A DNA stretch of 60,416 bases, filler included, from Sphacelaria rigidula (GCA_964200075.2; 8 parts of 8 records of this genome joined end to end with filler, not necessarily neighbours in it), one strand, 5' to 3'. Counted from the first letter of the whole stretch, positions 1 to 12,466 are shown. Program-made: numbers and translations. The notes: generated from the letters alone by a model not told the origin.

Positions 1-662
1 CTATCAAAACGCTGCCACGGGTACAGATTTTGCATTTCACTGTCAGAGTTTTTTCACAAAGACTGTGGAGGACCCTGTACGGACCCTGCACAGTGCGCCC
101 CACAGGGTGCTATCTGTCCACGTGTGCTAACGGGAGAAACATAATTGCAAACAGTTCCAACGGGATCGAATTACACCCGAAATCGTTATGTTTCGGTCAT
201 GTGGAGTTTGGCGTCGTCGAATTTTCACTCATGATACGTGGCAAAGACTCAGGGAGCCTCGTGACGATATCCCTTATATCTGTTGTAGAAAAGCTCAGAG
301 GATCCTCAAACTCGGCAACCGTAGGTATTGATGCTTCACATGGAGCAAGTGTGTTATTGGCAAGAGTTCAAAGTTTCTCCGTTCTTTACCATCTTCCGAG
401 GGTCCCAGTACGAAGACCCCCGTAAGGTGGTGCAGAATGACTCAAGAGAAAAAAAGTGGCATGGTGCGTCCGGGAATAGTCCAAGGAACACATGTACAAA
501 ATTTGATGGAGAAACTCGAAAATCTCACGCAATGTTTCCTGCCTTGACGTAAAATTCACCCCCAAAATATGTTTTCATACTCAAACCAAGTAGTTGGGAG
601 TTTGCACGTCTTGAGCTCACATCCTCGCACAAACGCGCAAACCCTCACGCATTTATTAGGAG

Positions 663-1335
663 TTGGACCCTGAAACTTTGCACAAATGTGCTATGAGTCA
701 TTACGCACGTTTGGATCAACGAGGTTTTTCTGCTCCTCGAGTTTTTGCCGCTTTTCGAGGGTCCGACGAGATCGAAGTCGTTTTTCGAAGTCGTCCATTT
801 TGGGACCCCGGAAAACCGGCACTACGATATTTATTTCCACTTTTTTCGCAAACGCTGTGTCGCCGCAAAACCCAAGAAAGAACCCCATCAAGTTTCGTAG
901 CCAAACGCGATTAACTGGTGCTTGAATTCTCATGTTCACGTCGAAGAAGGCCAAAAAACACCATTATTACACCAAAATCTAGTAGTTTGCCGTCTTACCG
1001 TGGCACGGCAAGGTTCATCGCACAAACGCGACACACTTCACGCCGTTTGAAGAAGTTAGACCCTGAAACTTTGCACATGTGTTCTATGGATCACGACGCA
1101 ACTTTGGATGAACGAGGTTCTATCGATTTTTTCGTTTTTACCGTTTTACGGGGGTCCGACTGGATCGAAGTTTCCCCGAAAAAACTGGAACTCCGGGAAC
1201 ACGGTGAAAATAGTAAAATATTAAAAAAATGAAGAAGTAAAAAAACCTCGGCCTTAGAAAGTTGCGTAATAACCCATAATAGGACACCTGTGAAACATTT
1301 CAGGGTCTGACTCCTTCAAACGGCGTGAAGTTTTG
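663..1335. repeat. Composite non-coding repeat element (MITE-like)
   Basis: Diverged ~115-bp direct repeats at ~663-780 and ~1056-1172 (both begin GACCCTGAAACTTTGCAC). The segment ~1298-1330 is an inverted copy of ~1036-1068. Confidence 0.55.
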
Positions 1336-2019
1336 CCGATGAGTGTTTTTTGGGTCTTTTCCGTGAACCAGCCTGTATTGCATTTATGTGGGCCAGCTTT
1401 CGTTGGGGTTCCTGTGCTGTCCATCTCTTGCCGTTGACGTTACACAGAACACCGGGAACCGGTCTTCTTCAAATTTCCCTCAAAAAAGGTTTCTCCTACT
1501 CCAGCAGAAGTAGCTCGAGCTTACCACCCACTCTGTGAGGCTCCGGACATAATAGCCTTCCCATCGCGTGACGAGGCATGCCTGTCGCGGAGAGTGCAGT
1601 CCAAGGGCCAAAGCGCAAAAAATTTCAACAATTTTGAGAAAAACGAAGTGATTCGGTACCTCCTTGCTGCCACATAAAGAAACGGTCCGCAAAAAAACCA
1701 ACCCGGACCTGAGTTAGACCGCATTTTGTCTTCATTACCTTGTTTATATTCGCGATCAGAGTGAGTATTCAGGTAGCTTTTGAACTGCCCGACGTGTGTA
1801 ATCTTCTCATCATCATGGTGAAGAGCCGTATCGGACGGTTGCGGGGCTACTCAAAGGTACCCACATCAGTGCGGTACCATTTTCAACAAAAATCACCACG
1901 ATAAGATTATTTGTTTCGTGTAGGGCGCCTCATGCCCTACCGTTTGGAGCACGTGCACACTCCCAGAAAGTACGTTCGAAGGCAGAAGGCAGACAGCACA
2001 GAAACCCCCAAAAAGGTGA

Positions 2020-2953
2020 TAGGTGCCCGACCACAAGAGCCTGCCACAGGCCAGTTGGGGTGTGTGTGTGGGAGAGATCAAACACTTGCGGAGACCTTCT
2101 TGACATGCGGAGTGAAAAAAGATACCTATGGTGGTGACCTAACTGTTGCTAGCGTGGTGTGGAGGGGTGCGCCAAGGTTGCAATCCGAAGCTTTTGTTGC
2201 TCTACTCTACTGACTCCCGTCTGCAGAGAGGCCACCCACTGTAACAACATGTCATGTACCGAATTTCGGAACAGCTATAGAAACAAAACAGTTCGATTTT
2301 CTAAACTACGTCCACGTGATTGAAATGACTCTTGCTCCCTGAGGGAAAGTGGCCGATTTGGGCCCGGTCAAACATTCTCGAAGATACTGTCGAACAGCAC
2401 TACCAAATTTTGCTGGCATTGACATACCCCAATCAGTACAGAACCGAACAGAAATCGACAGGTTAACGTTCTTCTTAGAAAGCAACGAGCATTGAACGGG
2501 TTGCAGGTGGGAGGGCGGGGATATTCATAGAGGAGACACTCTCTGTTCCCCCGTGCGTGTTACATGCACTCGCAAAAACTCTGTCGTCGTTCCTTCATAC
2601 CTGGCGGGGGAACGGGAAAGCCACAGTTCCTCAGGGAATAAGAGTCATTTCAATCACGTGGACGTAGTTTAGAAAATCGAACTGTTTTGTTTCTATAGCT
2701 GTTCCAAAATTCGGTACATAACATGCTGTTACAGTGGGTGGCCTCTCTGCAGACGGGAGTCAGTAGAGTAGAGCAACGAAAGCTCCAGATTGCAACATTG
2801 ATGCACCCCTCCACACCACGCTAGCAACAGTTAGGTCACCACCATAGGTATCTTTTTTCACTCCGCATGTCAAGCAGGTCTCCACAAGTGTTTGATCTCT
2901 CTCTCACACACACCCCAACTGGCCTGTGGCAGGCTCTTGTGGTCGGGCACCTA
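2020..2953. repeat. Long inverted repeat with ~330-bp arms and ~270-bp spacer
   Basis: 2020-~2350 is the reverse complement of ~2620-2953 at high identity, e.g. TAGGTGCCCGACCACAAGAGCCTGCCACAGG versus CCTGTGGCAGGCTCTTGTGGTCGGGCACCTA. Confidence 0.95.
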
Positions 2954-3409
2954 GATGGTCACATACGTCATGTCGGGTAGAACCAACGATGAATAACACC
3001 CCCCCAAAGTTAAAATAGGATCTGTTATTATTGCCGCAGCGCACCGTCCTTGCTGGCATGTGTGTGACATAGAACAGTAGCAGCGGTGACGGGAACATTG
3101 CCCTGTTTTTCAACGACATGTTTTTCAGCGCACAGAGGCGCGTCCTGTCCACAAGGAGAGGCAAAGAGAAATCGATCTTCGCATTGGTGAGCTCGACAGG
3201 AAGAAGAGAGGAAATCTCTCCGCACCTCGATGTTCTGGCACATGGAAAATTGGGCACATGCTGGTAACATCGATGATGCCAGTCTCTCGAGAGTTTGATA
3301 ATCGCCGAGCGAGGACACACAAAGGACACGGACGAGGAGCTTCCTCTCTGTCGTTGCTTCTCTCTGGTGATACCGTCGTCGACACGCGTGTACACCGCAT
3401 TCCTTAGGT

Positions 3410-3545
3410 GCACCTAGCCACAGCTGCTCAACTGCTGCAGACATTTGGGGGGAGAGATGGCTTCGCTCGGTCGTAAGTGTTTCGCGTCATCCCTGCAAAA
3501 AAGAAATGCCACTTGATTCTCATTTTTGAGATGGACCCCATTTTC
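3410..3545 (+). repeat. Dispersed repeat, copy 1
   Basis: GCACCTAGCCACAGCTGCTCAACTGCTGC...AGATGGCTTCGCTCGGTCG... is shared with 34070-34206. Confidence 0.85.
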
Positions 3546-3927
3546 CAGGATCCACTGTTGAATGCTGTGTGGGTAACAACACGGAAACAGATCACAGCCG
3601 ATTTATGCACACAAGATATCGAGAATTGGGTTTCACATTTTCCCGGCGTCGCGTCAGCGGCGAGAACCCCCCCCCCCCCCCCCAGAGCGCAAAACACCTC
3701 ATTTTCCTTTGCGGCTCAGTATCACGCTCAAACGAAAAAGGAACATGAGTTGACCTAGCAGGGCGCAAAGAGCAATTTTTATTCTAGACTACGCACTGAC
3801 GATGTATGAACAGGTCAGCAGAGCCACGATGTTTCAGCTGACTGCCTGTACATACTAAAAAGAATATGTAAACCATGCGATTAACACAAACGTGCATCTT
3901 TGACCGAACAAGGGTCTGTCGAGAGAA

Positions 3928-4178
3928 GACACTTTCTACGATAGCCCCTCCCCAAAACCAGCCCAAAAGTGTCACGAAAAAAATGGCCATACAGCGCCTG
4001 ATGTTTGGTTTCAGGCCGCATGAAGCGCCCCATATTGGCGACATTGGCTAAAACGAACCCGAGCGTGGGGATTCCCAGCTGCTCGTTGTGTTCGGCTTTT
4101 CCCATTTCGGTTTACCTGAAGATTTTGCCCACCAAAACCATGCACTTTGGGGGGGGGGGGGCTATCGTAGAAAGTGTC
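3928..4178. mobile_element. MITE with GAC...GTC termini and 4-bp TSD
   Basis: TIR GACACTTTCTACGATAGCCCC / GGGGCTATCGTAGAAAGTGTC, flanked by AGAA on both sides; 251 bp. Confidence 0.85.
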
Positions 4179-4612
4179 AGAAAACAGTCGGACACGGTGC
4201 CCCCCCCCTCCCCCCTCCCGGAGAGCAATGTTTCGAAAATTGACGTGATTTTTTACATTAAAAAAAAGTCTTGTTGAAATTGTTGAAGGAAATAGATCAA
4301 CAAACACTGACAGAAACCGAAAAATTTGGCGGGCTTTGCGGGATATGCTTCTGCTCCTTGCCCGCCCTGTCCCGACGACCTCGGGTGCCGCAACGCTCAC
4401 ACACAACAATGTACACTACAGGAGCGCACGGTAGCGACAGCCTGCAGCCAAGGTAGCAAAATTGTATCACGCCTCGCCAAATTTTCCCGAACTACTAGTG
4501 GTAGGTAGTCGAGTCACACGACACGGAAGCGCACTTTAATTAGTAGTGCACCTCAGCGCACGGCCGAAAAAATTCCTCGGGCCGAAAACGGCCGTTCCTC
4601 GCCCCTATTCCG

Positions 4613-4850
4613 GAGCTATGTCCCGATAGCCCCCCCCAAGCCAGCCCAAAACTGTCACAAAGAAAATTGTCATGCAGCGCATGGCTGGTTTCAGACTGCA
4701 TGAAGCGCCTCATATGGGCGACATTGTCGGCGAAAATGACCCAAAGCGTGGGGCTCCCCGCTGCTTGGTGTGCTCGGCTCTTGTAAATTGCTTTTGACAC
4801 GTAGGTTTTTGCCCCCTAAAATCAGCCTTTTTTCTGCGGGAGCTATCATC
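4613..4850. mobile_element. Older copy of the 3928-4178 MITE family
   Basis: Colinear internal similarity (GATAGCCCC...CCAGCCCAAAA...GCATGAAGCGCC...GCTATC); outer TIR decayed. Confidence 0.7.
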
Positions 4851-5639
4851 GCGTCATCAATTAGTTCGCGAGGGACTAAAAAGGTAACGAGAACGTACAC
4901 GTCGAAGAAAGAAAAGAAGTCATCGTTGCCGTCACTGGAACTTATTGCTAGGTAATCCCAGGCCCCAGTTAAGGGCTAATCTATCACATTTAAATATACT
5001 CTCCACCCCCGCCCCCTGCCGCACCGCAACCCCGGTGCGCTATGCACTCAAGTTATGCTCTCTCAACTTAAGTAGTGTTTGATTGTAAACCTCGAAGAGG
5101 CTTTGTCAACTTTCACTCCGACGTTTGTTCTAGAGGTCGTGCTCCCCAGTGTCGTCTATCTCAACTATATTTCTGTCGGGTACTCGGAACCAACGCGGTA
5201 GCGCTCGGTGAGCGGACCTAGAATGCCCCTCGGCACCCTTGAGTTGTGTGGCGGAATAACTGGCCCGCGCAATCTCCACCGCCATGGCGTAACGGCGGTT
5301 CAATGATACTTTGGCGCCCCATGTACGGCATGGGGAAATGTGCGCGGGAGAGTCCATCGCGCTTGTGGTATATGGTGGGCGATGAAACGTGGAAATGCTT
5401 GCCAAAATCTTGAAATATATATAGCTGTATAGATTGCTCTACTTTGCATCGCGCTTCCAATTTTTTTTTTTCTTTTCCTTTGTTCTGATGGAAAAGGAGC
5501 ATAATGAAAAATCATGCGCCGTTCTAATCTAGCAAGCTAGGGTGAGAAACAAGTGATACCGAGACGGTAAAACAGCACGCGAATAGACCAGCGACTTCAA
5601 GGAGGGCGGCAGTCACGCGCAAGGGTGTACACGGTTTGG

Positions 5640-5754
5640 GAGAGCTCAGTTCAAGTGCTGGTTTAAGAGAAGTAAAAAAAGTTTGGCACACCACTCTCTT
5701 CAACCAAACCCTGGTTTCTCTCAAACCGGACCCACTCTCTTGAACCGAACTCTC
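5640..5754. mobile_element. Possible miniature TIR element (~115 bp)
   Basis: GAGAGCTCAGTTCAAG ... CTTGAACCGAACTCTC inverted termini (14/16 match); no clear TSD. Confidence 0.4.
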
Positions 5755-7108
5755 TTTTCTCTTAAGCCGGATCTGCCCCCAACCCCCCCGCTCTTTTACT
5801 GCACAGTACTGTAGCCCGAAAAACAACATCTTAGTACGTTCGGCAGTTGAAACACACAAATAGCTTCAAGCTCCACTGACTGTAAGCACGATGCCTTGCA
5901 CGGCGGGTAGTACAACAGTGCTTGTACGGCAGGATTGCAGTAGAGAGGTGCAATATGGCGGAGGTGTCGTACCATCTTCGTAAGGCCAAGCGGCTGTCTT
6001 ATGGCAGACGTTTTCGAGACAGAATCCAAGGCATGCCCGACGCTGCTGGTCCTGGTATCCAAATTTCCGTACTCTGTCGTTCTAGCACGATGTCAGATAC
6101 GCCTTTCACTTCAGATGCGTTGCTATGTGGCGGCCACAACTGCTGCTATTCGTGTTCTTACCTTGTTATCTTCGCAATGGTGGTAAACGTGGGGTGACAG
6201 CTCGGGGGCATTCGCTTCCCGACTGGTACAGCAGCTGAACACTAGTGCACCAACAGTTTCCACCCACTGATCTGGAGCGAGTTATCCGGAGGAACAATAT
6301 CATCTCAACCCCGAGCACTCACAGGCTTGAAGATACGTACCATGTTTATATAGTACATTTCATATGAGCCAGATCGTTGTTTTTAGTTGACGCGTGTATT
6401 TTTGGCTCACCTCCCACATTAGGGACCAATCAAAGTGAAATGAAATATCTTCGCGTTTTTGACTGATAGCTGCACAGTCATGTATGTGCTCGTTTCAACT
6501 CTGTGTACAGCACTTTGATCTCACCCCACTTCTGTGCAGGTCGGAACACAGCATGCAGCACTACAGCTGTTCACACACTCTCCAGCAAACATCAACCTGT
6601 GGTCGTCGTAGAGTGTGTAGATGCACAACAGCACAGCAACGACTACAGCGAAGAAATAAATGATGGGTGTGAGAAGCGCCTTGTTCGTTTGACTGGAGTG
6701 TCTAGAGACCGCTGCGTGCCGACAACATTATGTTTTGAAGCGAACGCCATGACAGACGTAAAGCAACTTAGATAGTCAGTCCCGGCGGCGACCAAGCCGT
6801 CTTCGGAACGGCCTGGAGACACCACAGCGCAGCGGCAGCTAGAGCGCAAGAGACAGCGCATGAGTGTGTTTTTGCTGCGGCACAGTGATACAGGACATGT
6901 CCCATGCGATACTGTACTTCTTCCCCTGATTCCGGATGGGCTCGAGTTTGGCAGAGAGGCGGCTTTCAAACGCTGGGCCAATTTATTTCACACCTTGAGT
7001 TACCTCCCTGCTTGCTGCTCTGCCTTGCCTGTTGCGGGATCGGATGATCAGTGATACGGTAGCTCCCTTGCGGGATTGGATGATACACCATCGTTGTACT
7101 ACAATTTT

Positions 7109-7201
7109 TCTGCTGTCTGCGGTGCGGTATCTGTATGTACAGTAGGTTCTACGAGTTGTCTGCTGTCTGCTGTGCGGTATCTGTGTGTACAGTAGGTTCT
7201 A
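7109..7201. repeat. Tandem duplication of a ~42-bp unit
   Basis: CTGCTGTCTGCKGTGCGGTATCTGTRTGTACAGTAGGTTCTA occurs twice. Confidence 0.8.
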
Positions 7202-7465
7202 AAAAGCACAGCTCTGTAGGCGTGTGTCGTGGTCTGATCACGAGGTGATACTGGCTTCACTCTCGAAGGACATGCTAGGCCAGGGGTGACACGAGGTCAG
7301 AGGCTGGCTATTGTAAACAATTGCAGGCGAGAGGAATGACCCCTTGCACTCGTGAATAGCAGACACTCGAGCCCGGCCAGTACTGCAGCATAAAGCAAGC
7401 AGGGACTCAATTTCACGTGCAGAATAGGTGCTCTTGACGTGCTTGCAAGCGATATGTCTCCAAGT

Positions 7466-7565
7466 NNNNNNNNNNNNNNNNNNNNNNNNNNNNNNNNNNN
7501 NNNNNNNNNTTAATTAATTAANNNNNNNNNNNNNNNNNNNNNNNNNNNNNNNNNNNNNNNNNNNN
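7466..7565. other. Artificial scaffold linker 1
   Basis: N44-TTAATTAATTAA-N44, exactly 100 bp. Confidence 0.98.
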
Positions 7566-7619
7566 ATCTAACTCGAAATCTCGAGCAACAAATGCCCCAA
7601 AATACCTCCACTCCTATCG

Positions 7620-8520
7620 TAGGATGGCTCTGCGGCAATAACAACAGATAGATCCAATTTGAACTTGGGGGGTGTTATTCATCGTTGATTTTCGCCGACC
7701 TCCCCCAACCGGGTGGCCGAGCAGAAGGGCGTGCCACACGCCAGTTGAGGAGGGTGTATGAGAGATCAAACGCTTGTAGAGACCTTTTCGACATGTGTAG
7801 TGAAAAAGGATACCTATGGTGGTGACCTAACTGTTGCTAGCGTGGCGCATAGGCAATCTGCAGCCCACGGTGGTCGCGTGGATAGCTCGGTACAGCACGA
7901 GTACCTTGCCACCATAAGTAATAATTATTCCGATGTCAGGAGGTCATGGATTATCACATGTTAGGAAGAGAGACGAGAGTGCTCTACGATCAACCGCATG
8001 TCGCTGCATTCGAGACCCACGCCATCAAACCGCCGACAGCAAGGGTCTTGTGGCTTTCACGCGACGCTGTCGGCAGTACGGCAGGCAAGTCGGATCAAAG
8101 CTACCTTTCGTTGCTCTAGCGCGTACTCCCGTCTGCTCAGAGGTGGTCACGGTAACAAACTGCAACAAAGTCGCAACATCTGTGAAAACTAGAGAGTTTG
8201 ATTTTTATGAACTACATCCACAAAATTCAAACTGCTATCAAAGCCTGAAGGAGGACAGGTTCACTGTCCCCCACCCAGGCTTTGATGAACGAGGTAATAC
8301 CTTCGACAGGCTGATACAACAGAACTGAGAGTCCGGAGAAGTTTTTTTCCATCACAATCGGTGACTTCCAACCTGCAAAGCGTTCCATGCGCACTGTTTT
8401 CTAATACGAACGGTAACTTGTCGAGTACTGTTCCGTTGTTCAAGGACTGCCTGATGCCGATTCCCGAAACATTTGGTGTTGCTGTTCGATGGTATCCTCC
8501 TATGTTTAACTGGACCCAAT
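7620..8520 (+). repeat. Diverged copy of the repeat family that forms the 2020-3050 hairpin locus
   Basis: GATACCTATGGTGGTGACCTAACTGTTGCTAGCGTGG is shared with 2121-2157. 7620-7700 matches the reverse complement of ~2970-3050, and ~8360-8520 matches the reverse complement of ~2355-2510. Confidence 0.75.
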
Positions 8521-9153
8521 GCTGATTCGTTTTCAGCCTTACGCAAACCAGCCTCCAGCGCTGCTCGATCCATCGGTTTTGAGGAGCAACCCGTGCAGTT
8601 CTCATCACCCCATCCCAGCTCCGATTTCGATCATAGCTTGGATTCTCGTACCCTTCCGACCCTTCCACATCACCCCATCCGTGACCATCCCTCACCGACA
8701 CGCTCTGCGCCCCAACCCTCTGCGACGCTTGTGGCACCCATTGTACATCACACCCCTTCGGACACACTCGCCAACACTGGTTTCCCCCCGACACACTCGG
8801 TTTCCCACTCCTCTACGACGCCGGTGGCACCCGTCGTAGCACACACCTCATCGGACGCAGCCGTCGACACTGGATCCACCTTGACACACCTCGTGTCCCA
8901 CCCCCCAACCACGCTGGTGTTACCCGTGGCCCCAACCCCACCCCTTCCCTCTACTGCCGGCGCGGATCTCGTCGTACAAGCTTCAGTCCAAGACCGTTCC
9001 GTCGTGCAGGTGGCACCCACGACCGGACCCCCAACTGCTGGCACTACTACCTACGCTGCCCCGCCGGTACACATATTGTCAACATCCGCGACTGCTTTTC
9101 CTGCCCCGGCTGATCATGATTTATTTGTTGACAATATTTCGTGGGCCCGCTGA
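8473..9153 (+). other. Pro/Thr-rich ORF with a ~31-aa tandem repeat, probably the internal region of a decayed element
   Basis: TLVAPIVHHTPSDTLANTGFPPTHSVSHSST / TPVAPVVAHTSSDAAVDTGSTLTHLVSHPPT; contiguous with the 7620-8520 repeat. Confidence 0.3.
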
Positions 9154-9369
9154 GCTTTCTCCACTGGCCTGTACCCGTGCTGCGCTGTCGATTCCTCTTC
9201 TGATTCGTGAAACACGCGAATGGGGTCCTGAACAAACAGAGCATCGTAAAATTTCTCGGCTCGAAAATATCCGATCACCTGCACTTGAAACACACGAAGC
9301 TTCGACTCCAAACTTTCCCTGATTTAACTGAGCCGTCCCATGAGTGAATACTCGTATTACTACATACTC

Positions 9370-9690
9370 TTACAAAGGTCGGTTGTGCACTTTGTCCTCC
9401 CGTGAAGTTATCGTCTCGGAATTTTTGGAAAAGACGTAGGTTGTTCTTTTAGACGCGGTTTGCTGTACCCACCGTGGGATTACTTGTGCGCCTGCGCCCA
9501 AATGCATACTCCTATCTCTTTTGTAAGCTACAGTAGCATCGCGTTTTGCAGCCTCAATAAGCTCTGCCTGTTTTTCTTCCATCTCTGCTTGTTTTTCTTC
9601 CATGATACGTAGTTTTTCGCTCTTCTGTACCTCCATAAGCCGAAGCTTTTCCGTCGACTCTTCGGCACTATACTTCTTCATGTTAGCCAT
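9370..9690 (-). CDS. Hypothetical small coiled-coil protein (may be truncated or a pseudogene)
   Basis: True ATG start in a CCATGG context, TATAAAA about 20 bp upstream, and E/K-rich helical repeats (EKLRLME/EKLRIME, EEKQAE x2). Confidence 0.35.
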   Translation of the reverse strand: MANMKKYSAEESTEKLRLMEVQKSEKLRIMEEKQAEMEEKQAELIEAAKRDATVAYKRDRSMHLGAGAQVIPRWVQQTASKRTTYVFSKNSETITSREDKVHNRPL

Positions 9691-9785
9691 GGATCGACTG
9701 AAATTTTATATCACTCTTATTCGTTGTTAAATGGACTATCCAAAGTTTTATCGACCTCACACTTGTTGACTACCTTCCTCGTTGA

Positions 9786-9944
9786 CTCAAGCGCTATCAA
9801 ATGCTACTCTATTGTTCAAACTGTAAAAAACGCTAAATGCGTGACGCTTTTGAAGGCTCAAGCGCTATCAAGTGCTGCTGTATGTTGCCTCTGGCTGTAA
9901 CAAACGCTAAATGCGTGACGCTTTTGAAGGCTCAAGCGCTATCA
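9786..9944. repeat. Tandem repeat, ~71-74-bp period, upstream of ORF 9370-9690
   Basis: Identical 43-bp block at 9828-9870 and 9902-9944; CTCAAGCGCTATCA occurs three times. Confidence 0.85.
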
Positions 9945-10955
9945 TAACACAATCCGTTACCGCCGACGATATCCGATACCCATGATATTTCATCAATCTT
10001 CACCGCATGTACCCGAATTAATCCACGTACACATGTACTTTTGTTCAGCTCGACGATAGTCAATGAGAACTGTAGCCCTCATGAGGGTATTCATGGTCGT
10101 AGATAGTTGTGCTTCAGCACATTCTTTTGACACCTAGCTGATGCCCAGTATCGGAAAGCGAAATGCTTGGCTCTGCCAAGCTGGACCCCCTTACGCGCAT
10201 CCCAGCAGCTGGACATCATCTACTCCACGGCATCGGGAAAGGTATCATCCACTCCATCGCCATCGATTTCCAGCGCATTCAGTGCTCCATGTGCTTTTCA
10301 GCCGTAATCGCATCCGGTTTTTGCAGACGCCTATTTTCAGAAGTTGAAGCATGGACAAAAAATGTATCGACGGTTTTTTCAGTCAGTTCACAGATAGAGT
10401 TGAGGAATTCCAAAGTCGAATCAACGGCACCTGCGATCGAGGGTCATACTATATTGACATGAAGATTGCTCAAGAGTGGATCAGCAATCACGGCTGAGGT
10501 AGTTTCTGGCGAACTAATTAGCATGGGCGGAACTCTGTTAGTAGCAATACTTCCACCGGACGTCGCGCCACCAGGAGCAGCCAAGACAGCGAAATCATAA
10601 TGAATTCTAATTCCCAGCAGGAAGGTAAAGGTAGCCGACGGTTCACCAAGAAAAGGAAAAGCGACAACGAACGGGTAATAAGTGTACACATGTTGTAGCT
10701 GGATACGTATCTGCGACTGTTGTGCTTCTGTTCTCAAATGATAGTGTGTTGCCATCACTCCTATATATTATGTACCATCCTGTCCTATCATGTCTACAGT
10801 AGCTCCATATGGCTGCGTTCCGCTGTTGCCGTGCTGCAGCCGTTCGTGATATGATTGGCTCAAATTGCGTTTTGGCGCTTTATTGTACCGTCTAGTCAGG
10901 TCTAGCCTGTGCCACTGTTTTGTGGTGCGTCGTTGCTGCGCTTCATAGTGCTCTC

Positions 10956-11379
10956 AATAGTCGGTCATCGAAATTGAGGATGAGAACCCCGAGAAATAAA
11001 ATATTCGTATCCGTACAAACAGTTCAAAATATGGTTCCATCCCTTCATCTACTGGTGTCTACTGACAAGTACTACCCGCCCGACAAGTTTGGATTTCGAT
11101 AACGAAAAGGTTGGGATCGTAAATGAAGACACGATTTTGGGTAATTAAGATGATTCGATCGGATCGCCAAAATTCCCCGAAATTGATTTTTCAGCAAGAT
11201 TCCCGACATTCCGGTTATCGAAATCCAAATGGGTATGTCGTGTAGTACTTGTTAATAGCTACCAGTAGGTTAAGGAATGGAACCATATCTCGAAGATGTG
11301 GTTCGGATACGAAGAGTTGATTCTCTGGGTTCTCATCCTCAATAAAAAGCTCCATCCTCAATTTTGATGATCGGCTGTT
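10956..11379. mobile_element. Foldback/MITE with ~145-bp diverged arms
   Basis: 10956-11103 is inverted relative to 11214-11379 (e.g. TTTGGATTTCGATAAC / GTTATCGAAATCCAAA). Confidence 0.8.
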
Positions 11380-12018
11380 TCTTGCCGGTGTTCTGCGTTT
11401 CTGTTTCAAGTATTTTTGCAGCGTGTTGCTGTTGCTTCTGTTCTCCGTTGCTGTAATTGTTTATCGCGCTATACTATACACGCTATCCCGCAATAGTTAC
11501 TCGTAACCCCATCGCCTTTTTTTGTTTTTACTTTGCTATCCTGTTCGTTGCTGTTGGTTCTACCCTGTGTGTTGCTGTCTCGTCGTTGTAAAACATAGCG
11601 AAGGGATAAAAGGTGTAGCATAATGTACCTGCTTTGTAGTTGTGTTTTGGTGCGGTGAGGTGTACTGCTACTGTCCTGTGTGAATACTGTTGCTGCATGT
11701 TGCTGTTGCTCTCGTACCGCTGTCTTCGTTGTTCTCGCTGCATTGTGCTGTCTAGCTCCATGTAATGTGCTGATTTCGTTTGTTGCTGTGAGTTGCTGTT
11801 GCTCCTGTCCTGTGTCTGTTTTGTTACTGTGTGTAAACACGGGATTACGACTTGCGGGTGGATTCGTTTTTTAATATTAGCGTTGGGAACCTTCATAAGT
11901 ATCCAAATATTTCCCAAGAAAAAAATTGATGCGCCTTCCGGCCGTCAATTTTGACCTTGTTTCTCTGGGGAACAATCAATCCGCAGTTCGGAGAATTTCA
12001 TGTTGACCCTCGGACAGC

Positions 12019-12466
12019 GAGAGAATATCATCCAACAGACAATTGTATGGAATGAGACTGTACACGATGAAATGAGGGTCAAGCCTGAAATAGTGCTTTC
12101 CCCACACTTACAGCGATGGTGTCCAGTGACGTTTTCGTCGGCCTAATGCCGCTTGATCGCGTACATACTATTTCAGCGCATTCTCCCGACTCTGTGAGGT
12201 TACAGCGCTGACCGAAACCGTCATTTTCCCTGATTTTTGTTTTTTTGGGGGGGGTGATATCAGGGGGAACGACGGTTGCAGTCAGTGCTGTAAGCTCACG
12301 GAGTCGATAAAATGCGCTGAAGAAGTAACTACGCGATCGGGGGGCATTAGGCCGACGGAAAAGTGATCGGGTACCATCGCTGAAAGTGTGGAGAGAGCAT
12401 TGATTTGGACTTGAACCTCATTTTATCGCACATAATCATTTTATAGAGTTGTCTGTTATCTCTCTC
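12019..12466. mobile_element. Nearly fully palindromic foldback element
   Basis: Arms pair to within about 25 bp of the centre (~12245), e.g. CGTCGGCCTAATGCC / GGCATTAGGCCGACG. Confidence 0.8.

Noticed and set aside
1821-1850. Group II intron domain V-like GAGCCGTAT...ACGGTT
   Set aside because: The hairpin is far shorter than the ~34-nt D5, lacks the bulge and upper stem, and no other intron domains are visible.
9786-9944. CRISPR-like repeat-spacer pattern
   Set aside because: Only two full repeats, the 'spacers' resemble each other (tandem duplication), there are no cas genes, and the context is eukaryotic.
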